From IMG/VR virus record IMGVR_UViG_3300009156_000013: a DNA stretch of 42,243 nt. One strand, given 5' to 3'. This DNA is from a virus. The position numbers were made by a program, and so were the translations under genes. The stretch's first letter is position 1. Every line of letters starts with the position of its first letter. Below are positions 16,246 to 24,940 of this stretch, piece after piece. The notes beneath the pieces were generated by a model. That model did not search any database and was not told the origin of the DNA. It saw nothing but the letters and a program-made list of their open reading frames with translations.

Positions 16246-17145
16246 CTATTTCTTTTTCCCCTCGAGCTTCTCGACACGACGACCAAGTGCGGTCACCAGC
16301 GCGAGCCCCGCCGTTGCCGCCTTGGCGCCGTGGACCATCTTGCCTGCTGGCGTGTCGATTACAGCGTGCTTGAGTCCTGCACGTTCGAGATCTTGGGCCA
16401 TGATGCCCATCTGCTCTCCATCGCCATGCTCGGCGTCCTTGTACTTGTACGAATATGCCTTTAGGCCCTTGAGCACGCGGTCGGCCTTCTTGTCGCCGTC
16501 TTCGATATCTGTCTTGAGCCGACGGTCAGAGAAGGCCGCAGCAGCGCCAGCAATCAACGGCCCGTACTTCTCGATCCAGTTCTTTTTCTCGTCCTGTTCC
16601 TTGCCGCCGCCAAAGCCGGTGATCGCGTTCTGCCGCGATCCGAGTGCCACCTGTGCGTCCTGCTGGCGTTGTTGCATGATCGAATCGGAAAGGGCCTTCT
16701 CGGCTGCTGCGCGCTCCTGGATACCTGCGGTCGCAGCCTGCCCCGACATGCCAGCCGACTGCCGCCCCATCTGCATCTGCGCAGTACGAGCCGCCATGGC
16801 CTGGTTTTGCGGCGACGCAGACGCGGCCATCGAGCGCTGTTGCGCGAGTTGCTGGCCGAGCGCCTGGCGGAGCTGCTCGGCACTAAGCGAGTCTTGCCCC
16901 ATGGCGCGGCGTCGCATCATCTCGCGAGCGGCCACGCCCTCTCTTGTCATGTCGCCGTAGCCCTGCTGGCCCACGTTCGCGAATGCGCCTGCCTGCGTGC
17001 CCTGCGTCGCCAGCGCTTGCTTGTTCCGCCAGTCGAGCGCCGCGCCCTCTTTTTCTGCCTGCCCCGGGCCGAACAGCTTGCCCCAGCCCTTTTTGACCTG
17101 AACGGGCCAGGTGCGCGGATCGAGATCTTCCCAGTCGAGTCCCAT
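16246..17145 (-). CDS. Gln/Ala/Met-rich helical fibre or needle candidate with C-terminal S74-type intramolecular chaperone domain
   Basis: ATG 17145 is preceded by GGAGGA. The C-terminal FSDRRLKTDIED...YSYKYKD...GIMAQDLE... matches the autoproteolytic chaperone domain of tail fibres and endosialidases. Confidence 0.65.
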   Translation of the reverse strand: MGLDWEDLDPRTWPVQVKKGWGKLFGPGQAEKEGAALDWRNKQALATQGTQAGAFANVGQQGYGDMTREGVAAREMMRRRAMGQDSLSAEQLRQALGQQLAQQRSMAASASPQNQAMAARTAQMQMGRQSAGMSGQAATAGIQERAAAEKALSDSIMQQRQQDAQVALGSRQNAITGFGGGKEQDEKKNWIEKYGPLIAGAAAAFSDRRLKTDIEDGDKKADRVLKGLKAYSYKYKDAEHGDGEQMGIMAQDLERAGLKHAVIDTPAGKMVHGAKAATAGLALVTALGRRVEKLEGKKK

Positions 17146-17153
17146 ACGTCCTC

Positions 17154-20100
17154 CTACTGCCGCTGATTGACAGGTAACGATGCGAGTTGCGAGGCGCGCC
17201 GAGGGTCGAATCCAAGCACCAGCGATAGGCCGGTGAGCTTGACTGACTCTCCCGCGGTGCTCGGCGTCACGGTGATGCGGATCTTGATCGCCTGCATCTG
17301 GCGGATCGACGGCCCGTGCTTGACCTGTAGCGGACCGCCGACGACGCCCGGATACGGATTCCACGACTTGTCTTGAAAGTACGTGTCGACGCCGTCTTTC
17401 CAGAAATCGCGCGCGAGCCGGACACGCACCGTGCACGAGCTGCGGAACTCGCCGAGCAGGTCGATCCGGTCAACGCAGCCATAGCCTTGCAGGTCGCCGA
17501 GCTTGACCCAGGCGAGCTCGACGTCGATGCCGTATGTCGCGCTCGCAAACGTTGTCTGCTGCGTCTTGGGTCCGGTGGTCGTCAGGTACGTGTGCGTTCC
17601 TTGCCACGTGCACGCGTGCACACCGTCCGAGATCGACCACTCGGGCCACTGACCGATCAGTGTGTCGAACACCAGCATGCGAGCAGCGGTCAGGACGCGG
17701 ACCTGGTGCTGTGACTCGATGACGTCGATCGCGAGCGGCGTCTCGTCGTCGTAGTCGCTGACCGCTCCGCCGATGTATTCGAGCGACCACCCCTTGGTGA
17801 GCACGTACCAGCCCTTACTGCTCTTGAAGATGATGCCGCGATCGGTGACCGCCACAGACTCCGCGTTCACTGCGCCGATGTCCGTCGAGATCGAGCGCGC
17901 GGGTCCGTAGTTCTGCCCATTAGCGGTATTATCAAAACCGTCCCCGGGCAGCGCATAGATCGCTGTCTCGCGGAACACCACAAGTGTCTCTTGCAAGAAC
18001 GACAACGCAGTGATCGCGCCCCCCGCGGCTGGCACAGGCACCGTCAACGCATCGTGAAACGCCGCGACCTCGCCGTCGCCGCGCAGCTTCGAGTACCACA
18101 CACGATGAGGATCGCCGGCTACACCAGCGAGAAACAGACGCGTGTCGCTTGCCGCAATAACCGTTGCCGGCGGGGGCGACAAGTTTTCGAGAACGTCGCC
18201 GTTCTCGGGGCTGGTTTCCTTGGCGTCAGCGTCAGCGTCAGCGTAGTTGTCTGAGAACGTTGCCAGCAAATTCGCGGTTGGATCGTTGCTAACGTAGCCG
18301 TTATCACCAGTCGCCGCGGGATCCTTGCTGGTCACGAGATAGAACGGCGAATCGGCCACTGGGTTCTTAAGCGTGCGCCAGACCTCGACTGCGATTGGGC
18401 GGGACGTTTTGTGCGTAATATGCAGCGGCGTCCATGTGGTGACCGTGACCTCGTCCGGTCCGCCCGCTATGGTGTCCGTATCAGTGGTCGCGGTCGTCGA
18501 CCGATCGACGTCGCCGACGGCGTTGTCCCATCTCCAGGTGACCTTCCACGCATAAAGTCCGTCCTCGAGATTGCCAGCGCCGCTCGCCCCAAATGCGAAC
18601 GTCCATGGGTAGACGTGATATCCAACCTCGGTTAGCTGATGGCCGTCGTACTGAAGGATCTCGCCGCCCGTGATGTACAGCGTCTGACCGAGCCGAGCGC
18701 ATCGCCTAGCCTCGTTGCTGTCGAACGTAAACACCACGTCGCGTGGGCCACGATCGGCGTAGCCGGAGCCCTCTGCGCCGAGCGGTATCACGCGGCGTTC
18801 GGTCGCACACCACGAGTACGTCGTCGTGCCATCGGTCAACGCTACACCTGGCAGCCGGCCGACCGACGGAGCGAAACCGCCAGCCCGCTGCGTAACCGCC
18901 TTCGCAACAAGGAATCCATCGTCGCGATACAGGAAATACCCGTTCTGCAGCTGTGATCGAAATAGCCGGTAGCCGGCGCCCGACGCGTTCGCAAACACCC
19001 CCCAGAAATATACTCGCCCGTTGTGATCGAACGCGCGCGAGGCAACGCCGAGTCGGCGCACAAACGTCCCCTGTGTGCCGATCGTTCCAGCTGTGTCGAC
19101 GTAGTTGCTTTTGCACAGCCACTCTGAAGCGTCGCTGTTTTCGTTCGCGCTCCAGAACACGTAGCAGCGATATGCGCCACTGTCAGCGATAGATCGATGG
19201 CATGCAGCGATTTGGTTGAGCGCTCCACTGAGCACCGTCCCGATCGCCTGTCCGGTCGTCACGTCAACGAATCCACTCGTAGTGATGTAGTCGCCTTGGA
19301 CGTTGGCGCCATTGCCCCGGATCACCTGCATGGTGGCTCCCGTCGGTGGCACCGACACGGCAATCGGACCATCACACGTGCGGGCCTTTGTAGTCAGCAC
19401 AACCGTTAGACCTGCGGTAACGGTGGCGATGTCATAGGACGTCGTCGGTGTGTGTCGCGAAACAACGATCGCCTGATCGGCGGTTCCGTTTCTGACGACG
19501 TCGTAATACGAGTTGAACGTCGCAGACGCTGCCGAGACAACGTCGACCGGCGCAGACGCACCGCCGCTCGCGAAGTTGGCCGGATCGATCGAGCGCACCA
19601 CGAGCGCCGCTGCTGCAGTCTCCGCGGAAAACAGCAAGATCTTAGTTGCGAGTGCGACCAATCGCGGGCGAATGCTGCCCGTCAACGCCAGGCTTGGCGC
19701 GATCATCACCGCGCCGGTCGACTTGTCGATTGCGGACACGTACGTCGTAGTCCCGTCCACCCATGCATAGACCGCCACACCGTTCAGCTCTGCGCGATCT
19801 CCGTCGATCTGATCTCCGGTCGTAATGAATTTGCTCTCTTCTTCGATCTTGACCGCGAGATGAGTCCCCTTGCTCACCCATTTGGAAAGCGACGCATTCC
19901 AGCTATAGAGCGTGTCTCGCGTGAACAGGAGCAACTCATTGCCGTTCGGAATCAGGCGCCGCGCATTCGAGACGGTCCCGCCAGACGCGAGATCAGAGCC
20001 GAGCGCTGCGTACGGAAGCCGCGTCTGGATCCCGCCGATCTCGTCAAACTGAGCATCGGTACACACCGACAGCTCGGGCGGCTGCAGCGCGCGCGGGTCG

Positions 20101-20162
20101 GCCTTTTGGTTAAGTCCCGCGGTGAACGGCAGGGTCATGGGCTGCCAGGCAAGGCCCCTCAC
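17154..20162 (-). CDS. Very large virion structural protein (1002 aa; tail hub/nozzle-type candidate)
   Basis: The largest ORF in the window, with a beta-rich Gly/Thr/Ala/Val composition. GTG start in a GTGA overlap. It sits between the connector genes and the internal virion proteins. Confidence 0.6.
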   Translation of the reverse strand: MRGLAWQPMTLPFTAGLNQKADPRALQPPELSVCTDAQFDEIGGIQTRLPYAALGSDLASGGTVSNARRLIPNGNELLLFTRDTLYSWNASLSKWVSKGTHLAVKIEEESKFITTGDQIDGDRAELNGVAVYAWVDGTTTYVSAIDKSTGAVMIAPSLALTGSIRPRLVALATKILLFSAETAAAALVVRSIDPANFASGGASAPVDVVSAASATFNSYYDVVRNGTADQAIVVSRHTPTTSYDIATVTAGLTVVLTTKARTCDGPIAVSVPPTGATMQVIRGNGANVQGDYITTSGFVDVTTGQAIGTVLSGALNQIAACHRSIADSGAYRCYVFWSANENSDASEWLCKSNYVDTAGTIGTQGTFVRRLGVASRAFDHNGRVYFWGVFANASGAGYRLFRSQLQNGYFLYRDDGFLVAKAVTQRAGGFAPSVGRLPGVALTDGTTTYSWCATERRVIPLGAEGSGYADRGPRDVVFTFDSNEARRCARLGQTLYITGGEILQYDGHQLTEVGYHVYPWTFAFGASGAGNLEDGLYAWKVTWRWDNAVGDVDRSTTATTDTDTIAGGPDEVTVTTWTPLHITHKTSRPIAVEVWRTLKNPVADSPFYLVTSKDPAATGDNGYVSNDPTANLLATFSDNYADADADAKETSPENGDVLENLSPPPATVIAASDTRLFLAGVAGDPHRVWYSKLRGDGEVAAFHDALTVPVPAAGGAITALSFLQETLVVFRETAIYALPGDGFDNTANGQNYGPARSISTDIGAVNAESVAVTDRGIIFKSSKGWYVLTKGWSLEYIGGAVSDYDDETPLAIDVIESQHQVRVLTAARMLVFDTLIGQWPEWSISDGVHACTWQGTHTYLTTTGPKTQQTTFASATYGIDVELAWVKLGDLQGYGCVDRIDLLGEFRSSCTVRVRLARDFWKDGVDTYFQDKSWNPYPGVVGGPLQVKHGPSIRQMQAIKIRITVTPSTAGESVKLTGLSLVLGFDPRRASQLASLPVNQRQ

Positions 20163-20488
20163 AGCACCACCACATCGACGGTGACCGTGGCTCCGTAGCC
20201 GTTCGCCTCGAGCAACGCGAACTTCGTCCGATCGTGTGTGCCGTCGAGCGTGTTGTCATCGACACGCCCGCTCGTGCTGGCTCCGCGAACCGGAGACACG
20301 AACACCAGCGCAGCGCGGCCAAGCCCGTGCGGGATCGGCGTAGGGACGCCGTCGGCGAGCTGCACGTCCTTGTGGATTCGCGCTCGCACGAACGGCATGC
20401 TCTGCAGCTCGACGATGGCGTTGTGATGACTGCGGCGCACGCGTTCGAGCACGTCGTCCAGCAGCTTGACCGCAAGCAGCGTGATCAT
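20159..20488 (-). CDS. Virion-module hypothetical protein (109 aa)
   Basis: ATG 20488 in a TGATG overlap (GTG 20500 is an alternative start). Stop in a GTGA overlap. Confidence 0.5.
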   Translation of the reverse strand: MITLLAVKLLDDVLERVRRSHHNAIVELQSMPFVRARIHKDVQLADGVPTPIPHGLGRAALVFVSPVRGASTSGRVDDNTLDGTHDRTKFALLEANGYGATVTVDVVVL

Positions 20489-21177
20489 CAGTAGGGCCAC
20501 TCCCAGCCGCCAGGAACGCGCAAGACGCCGTCGTCGTCCACCACCGGGCCACGGGTCTTCGGCTCGTAGATATTGCGGTTGGCGGCCTGGAACTGTAGCT
20601 GTGCGCGCGCGGCCTCTTTCGATGCTCGGGCAAGCTGGACGTCTTTCCCTTGGCGACCGAGCGCGAGCTCAGCGACGCCCCAGATAAAGAATGCCTCGCC
20701 CGCAGGAACGACGACGTCAACCATGTCTCCGTCTGCAAAGCCGGAGATATCCGTCGACTGTTGGGTGTAGTACCACTCGTACGTACCGCTCGACGGCTTC
20801 GGAAACAGGAAGAGATGATCGTCGATCAGTGCCCAGTAGCGCGCGTCGCCGACCTGGCCACGCACGTGGATCTCGTCCTGCGGCCGTAGCTCGTCGAGTT
20901 GCTGCTCGTGGCCTTCGGCGTCCAGCACGCGTGCGACGCGCACGGTACCGAAGTGATCCTCGGGCTCGTCGTAGCTCTCGGAGCCGTCGGCCGTGATCGT
21001 GGTCGACGTTTCGAAGTATCGATCGGCTGCGCCGAGCGACACCTCGGACCAGAGCTCGCCGTAGACCATGCTCGCGAACCACTTCCAGATCGCCGATGTA
21101 ACCGAGTCGTCGTTCTCGAGATCGGTGATCTGTTTGAAGCGCGAGATCCAAACAGCCATGGTCTGACGGCGAGGCAC
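20488..21177 (-). CDS. Head-tail adaptor/connector candidate (229 aa)
   Basis: Called on position (downstream of the capsid genes, upstream of the tail genes) and size only. Confidence 0.4.
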   Translation of the reverse strand: MPRRQTMAVWISRFKQITDLENDDSVTSAIWKWFASMVYGELWSEVSLGAADRYFETSTTITADGSESYDEPEDHFGTVRVARVLDAEGHEQQLDELRPQDEIHVRGQVGDARYWALIDDHLFLFPKPSSGTYEWYYTQQSTDISGFADGDMVDVVVPAGEAFFIWGVAELALGRQGKDVQLARASKEAARAQLQFQAANRNIYEPKTRGPVVDDDGVLRVPGGWEWPY

Positions 21178-21180
21178 GGA

Positions 21181-21552
21181 CTACGCGATCTCCGATGTCG
21201 CCGCAAACTCGACGGTGATGTCCGCGTACTGATTCGCGATCAGATCGGCGGCGGTGAACGTTGAGTCGTAGACGACGAACGCGAGCGTTTTAGCGGTCGA
21301 GTCGTACGTGTCACGTACCGCCGTGTAGCCCTTCAGATCGGCGGGCGTCGCTGCGGCAAAGCCGATGCTCCAGCCGACGAACGTCCCGGGATTGGCGGAC
21401 CATGTGATGAGGTACGCACCCTCGCCCGTGCGCGTGACCACGACGCCCTGACCGAGTTGCTCGGTCGGGTTCGCGCCGTTCACTCCGAGTATCCGGATCT
21501 TGTATTTCCGACTCTCGGGAATGGAGGATTTCTCTTCGTAGAATTCTGGCAT
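21181..21552 (-). CDS. Small virion protein (123 aa; decoration/cement candidate)
   Basis: ATG-initiated, beta-rich, in the head module. No motif recognised. Confidence 0.45.
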   Translation of the reverse strand: MPEFYEEKSSIPESRKYKIRILGVNGANPTEQLGQGVVVTRTGEGAYLITWSANPGTFVGWSIGFAAATPADLKGYTAVRDTYDSTAKTLAFVVYDSTFTAADLIANQYADITVEFAATSEIA

Positions 21553-21576
21553 CTAACTCTCCTCGTAAACGGGGGA

Positions 21577-21608
21577 GAGGGGGCCCAGCGCGAACGCCAA
21601 GCCCCCTC
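21577..21608 (-). promoter_or_regulatory. Intercistronic GC-rich hairpin
   Basis: The perfect 8-bp arms GAGGGGGC/GCCCCCTC are separated by 16 nt. It lies in the 66-nt gap after the 247-aa head-module gene. No clear U-tract. Confidence 0.4.
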
Positions 21609-21618
21609 GGTCGGGTGA

Positions 21619-22362
21619 CTAGCGAAGCCAGAACCCCATGCGCAACTGGTACGAGCTCGCGCCAGATTGCGATGCGGCCCAGTCCGACAGCAAGAATTGG
21701 TCGGTCTCGCCGAGGACCACGCCGGGGCACGGGATCGTGATCTTCGCGCTCGTCGTGCCGTCGAGTGACGCACCAGCGCACTGCCAACTCGCATTGTTGT
21801 CTCCGAACGTGAAGCGGTAGCTGTCGCCGACGACCTTGATCACAGTGCGCACGAGGAAGTCGCCCAGCGGGCGAACATCTGCGGTCGCCGCGGCAGTCAC
21901 GAGCGCGCCAAACTTCAGCGCGCACTCGGCCGTCTCGCTCACATCCATGTTGGGATTAACCGGCGTGATCGCCGATCCACCGGACGTGTAACGCGTTGCC
22001 CCGGTGTCAACGACCATTGTGAATCCCGTGGTCGTTCCTGCTGCGCCTGCGGCTGTGGTAACGAGATCGATGAAGTCGAGATAGAGTCGCTTGCTCGTCG
22101 ACGTGTTACGCAGGTGGAGCAAGTGCTCCGCTGCGTCGTACGACGTGGACGCCGCGATGCCCGCGATGCCCGTGCCCATCGTCGGATTCGTAGCAATGAA
22201 GTACGATCCATCGTCGATGAGCCCATACACCTTTCCGTGCATGGGAACGGTCATCAGCTCTTCGTATCGGGTACCGCGCACGGGCCCGTACTCACCCTGA
22301 CCGCGTGGCGTCGGCGCCGAGCGATCGCGAGACACGATCTTGATATTGGTTTCGTCACTCAT
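21619..22362 (-). CDS. Head-module structural protein (247 aa)
   Basis: ATG 22362, immediately downstream of the major capsid gene. Beta-rich, and followed by a strong hairpin. Confidence 0.5.
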   Translation of the reverse strand: MSDETNIKIVSRDRSAPTPRGQGEYGPVRGTRYEELMTVPMHGKVYGLIDDGSYFIATNPTMGTGIAGIAASTSYDAAEHLLHLRNTSTSKRLYLDFIDLVTTAAGAAGTTTGFTMVVDTGATRYTSGGSAITPVNPNMDVSETAECALKFGALVTAAATADVRPLGDFLVRTVIKVVGDSYRFTFGDNNASWQCAGASLDGTTSAKITIPCPGVVLGETDQFLLSDWAASQSGASSYQLRMGFWLR

Positions 22363-22422
22363 GGTCTTTTCTCAATCTCAGGACTCATCGCCCCGTGTGT
22401 GTCATTGTGGGAAAGTTGTGGA

Positions 22423-23646
22423 TTACTCAGCGACCGATCCGACGGCGTGCTCGGACGGGTCCGGTTGGAGGTAGTTGCCGTAGAAGCACGAGCGGTACTC
22501 GAAGGAGTCCGCGCTGCCCGACCACTGGTACTGGCCACCGTCGGCTGTGCGAATCCAGTGCACGACCTTCGCGCCCAGATAGACCAGCTTGTGCGCCTTG
22601 GGGTTCCAGCCGCGCACGACCGTGAACGGGCAGTCCGGATCCGACATCAGCCGGATCGGCGCGCCCGCCGCATGGATCGTGATCGATTCGAATCCGATGT
22701 CGGCGCTGCCGCCCGGATTCGTGTACTCGACCTTAGCGCCGAGCCGCTTAACGATCTCCTGGAACTTAACCGGGTGAACCACGCCGCGCGTGATCTTGTG
22801 GTGCAGGCAGTGGACCTCGACGGCCAGATCGCCGAGGACCTCCTCGGGATAAATCCCCGAGTTGTCGATGCGCGACCCTGCCAGGGCCTCGATGTCGTTC
22901 GAGCGGTTCACGCCACGGAACGAATCGCTCGACCCGGGCACGGCAAGCGGAGTCGCCAGTCCCATTCCCTCGATGCAAGTACCAGGCTCGCCGACTGCGA
23001 ACAGGTAATCGTTGTCGACAAAGCCCGAGATCGCTGCGGCGCTGTTGAGCGTGATCTTGTTCTCCGAGCGGTTGACCTTCGTGACGTACGTCGATCCAGT
23101 ACGCGGCGAGGATCCGTCGCTGTTGGCCGACGCGCCCACGCGCATGCCGCGCTTGAACTTGTCGGCCGATCGAGCAGCCGTCAGCGTGACGGTATCGCCC
23201 GAGATCGACGAGCGCCGGCCGCGGATGCCGTTGCCATCGCCGAATAGATCGAACGCCAGGCGGGCGCCCATCTCTTCGAGTGTGCCGTCGATCTGTTGGG
23301 TCACCCACTCGAAGAAGGCGCCGCGACCCTTGAGAGATGCGCGCAGAATCGATGGGCGATCCATCTTGAGCACGCCGTACTTGAGCGTAGGCTCCGCAGC
23401 GAACTGCTCGCCCTTGACCACGCCGCTGTTGCCATCGGCTCCGGTTGCGGCCTCGGTGTACGTGCCGCTGATACTCTGCGGGTTGCCGGTCTGGACTGCG
23501 TAGCGAAAATCCTCGCCCGTGAGTCCTTGCTCCTTGGAGAGCTCGTAGTAGCTGGGGTGATCGCGGGTCGCAATCTCGGAGGACTTGTCGTCCGAGTAAC
23601 TGCGTTTCATGATCCACGCGACGTCGGTAAATGCCGAGTCGGCCAT
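22423..23646 (-). CDS. Major capsid protein candidate (407 aa)
   Basis: The size and the position directly after the scaffold gene fit a major capsid protein. ATG is preceded by AAGGACAGG. No sequence motif was checked against a database. Confidence 0.65.
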   Translation of the reverse strand: MADSAFTDVAWIMKRSYSDDKSSEIATRDHPSYYELSKEQGLTGEDFRYAVQTGNPQSISGTYTEAATGADGNSGVVKGEQFAAEPTLKYGVLKMDRPSILRASLKGRGAFFEWVTQQIDGTLEEMGARLAFDLFGDGNGIRGRRSSISGDTVTLTAARSADKFKRGMRVGASANSDGSSPRTGSTYVTKVNRSENKITLNSAAAISGFVDNDYLFAVGEPGTCIEGMGLATPLAVPGSSDSFRGVNRSNDIEALAGSRIDNSGIYPEEVLGDLAVEVHCLHHKITRGVVHPVKFQEIVKRLGAKVEYTNPGGSADIGFESITIHAAGAPIRLMSDPDCPFTVVRGWNPKAHKLVYLGAKVVHWIRTADGGQYQWSGSADSFEYRSCFYGNYLQPDPSEHAVGSVAE

Positions 23647-23748
23647 AGTCCTGTCCTTTGCGCGCTGCAGCCCGAGGCGTGCAGCAGTGACGAATCAGCT
23701 TTTGCCGGTCGTCTTTTCGGCGGACAGGTGTGGTCTTGGTCGCAAACA

Positions 23749-23767
23749 GCGCACTCAACAAGTGCGC
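23749..23767 (-). terminator. Weak terminator-like hairpin after the scaffold gene
   Basis: On the minus strand this reads GCGCACT-TGTTG-AGTGCGC followed by TGTTTG. The U-tract is poor. Confidence 0.3.
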
Positions 23768-23773
23768 GGGAAA

Positions 23774-24892
23774 CTAGTCGTACTTGCCGTTCAGCCGCAG
23801 GAACTCGTCCTTTGGTGACAGCTTCGAATCGTCAGCCTTCGCCGACGCCTTTTGGACGGGCTTCTTGTCGTCCTTCTTGGGTGCGGTCTTGGTCTTGGGA
23901 TCAACGCTCGCCACTTGAGCCGGCGTTGCCGCGCGCGGATCAATACCGTGTTCGCGCAGAACGCGGCGCCGGTCCTTCTCGAAGGCGATCATCACGGCCT
24001 TGGGCTGTGGCGTCGATCCGGACTCCTGGCCGAGGCGATACGCGATCGCCGCGATGTCGGTCATAGCCTGCTTGGGGTTCGCCTTGAGATACTGCTTGGC
24101 GAGCGGCGTCCTATCGGTCGTCGCTTTCGCGACCGAGTCCAGATATGCGTCGATCTCGCGCTCGGTTGCAGCAGCAGTCTCGCGCTCCTTCTCGGAGCGC
24201 TCGCGCTCTTCTTTCCACTTCTTCAGGCTGCCAACCTCGTCGGCGAGCTCGCGCTCCTTCAGAAGTTGAGCGACTGCAGCGCGCGCCTTCGGATCGTCCT
24301 TCGCCTTCGCGAGCGTGTAGAGCACCTGTGCCGTGTGCTCGTAGCTATCTTCCTTGACGCCGAGCGCCTGGAGCGCTGCCACCGGGTCGATGGCTGCGCG
24401 TGCAGCGAGCTTCTCGAAGCGCTCTGCGGCCTCGATGCGCGGCGCCCACCTGGACTCAACATCCTTCACGCGCGCCGCGAAGTCAGCCTCGCGCTGCGTC
24501 CAGTCCTTCTCGCGCTGCTCGCGGAGCCGCTTGTCGGTGCGACGAACCTGCGTAAGACGTTTCGCGGTTTCCGCGTCGACATCCTTCTCGTCTTTGTCGT
24601 CGGGCTTCTCTTTGTCCTCGTCGAGATCGGCATCCTCGTCTTTGTCGTCGGACTCGTCCTCGTCGGGCTCGGTCTCTTCGGCGTCGTCCTCGACGGTCTT
24701 CTCGTCGAGATCGCTATCGTCCTCGGCGGCGGTCGCCTTGTCGGCGGGCTTGTCTTCGGTACGATCGTCGAAATTGCTACCGGCCAGGTACGCCGCGCGA
24801 ACGGCCTCGGCCTGCTGCTCGTACGTTTGCGCAGCGCCGTTGGACGCAGCAGCACCAGTGTCAGCACTCCCCGCGTCGGCTTCGTCTGCCAT
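23774..24892 (-). CDS. Scaffolding protein candidate (372 aa)
   Basis: An extremely acidic Asp/Glu/Lys-rich N-terminal half is followed by long helical Ala/Glu/Lys/Arg segments. It lies between the portal-proximal genes and the capsid gene. Confidence 0.7.
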   Translation of the reverse strand: MADEADAGSADTGAAASNGAAQTYEQQAEAVRAAYLAGSNFDDRTEDKPADKATAAEDDSDLDEKTVEDDAEETEPDEDESDDKDEDADLDEDKEKPDDKDEKDVDAETAKRLTQVRRTDKRLREQREKDWTQREADFAARVKDVESRWAPRIEAAERFEKLAARAAIDPVAALQALGVKEDSYEHTAQVLYTLAKAKDDPKARAAVAQLLKERELADEVGSLKKWKEERERSEKERETAAATEREIDAYLDSVAKATTDRTPLAKQYLKANPKQAMTDIAAIAYRLGQESGSTPQPKAVMIAFEKDRRRVLREHGIDPRAATPAQVASVDPKTKTAPKKDDKKPVQKASAKADDSKLSPKDEFLRLNGKYD

Positions 24893-24912
24893 TCGTGTAC
24901 AGATCTACACGA
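24893..24912 (-). promoter_or_regulatory. Hairpin abutting the scaffold start codon
   Basis: The minus strand reads TCGTGTA-GATCTG-TACACGA-ATG: a perfect 7-bp stem ending at the base before the ATG. No Shine-Dalgarno sequence is visible. Confidence 0.45.
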
Positions 24913-24940
24913 TTGGGCTGTCAAGGTCTACAGCTGCCGA

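Noticed and set aside
22766-23761. A 331-aa alternative same-strand frame inside the capsid gene.
   Set aside because: It is uniformly Arg-rich noise (RRKDDRQKLIRH...RGRNRSRWQQRRGQGR...). I kept it as a control showing that ORF length alone does not support the second frame of the methyltransferase gene.
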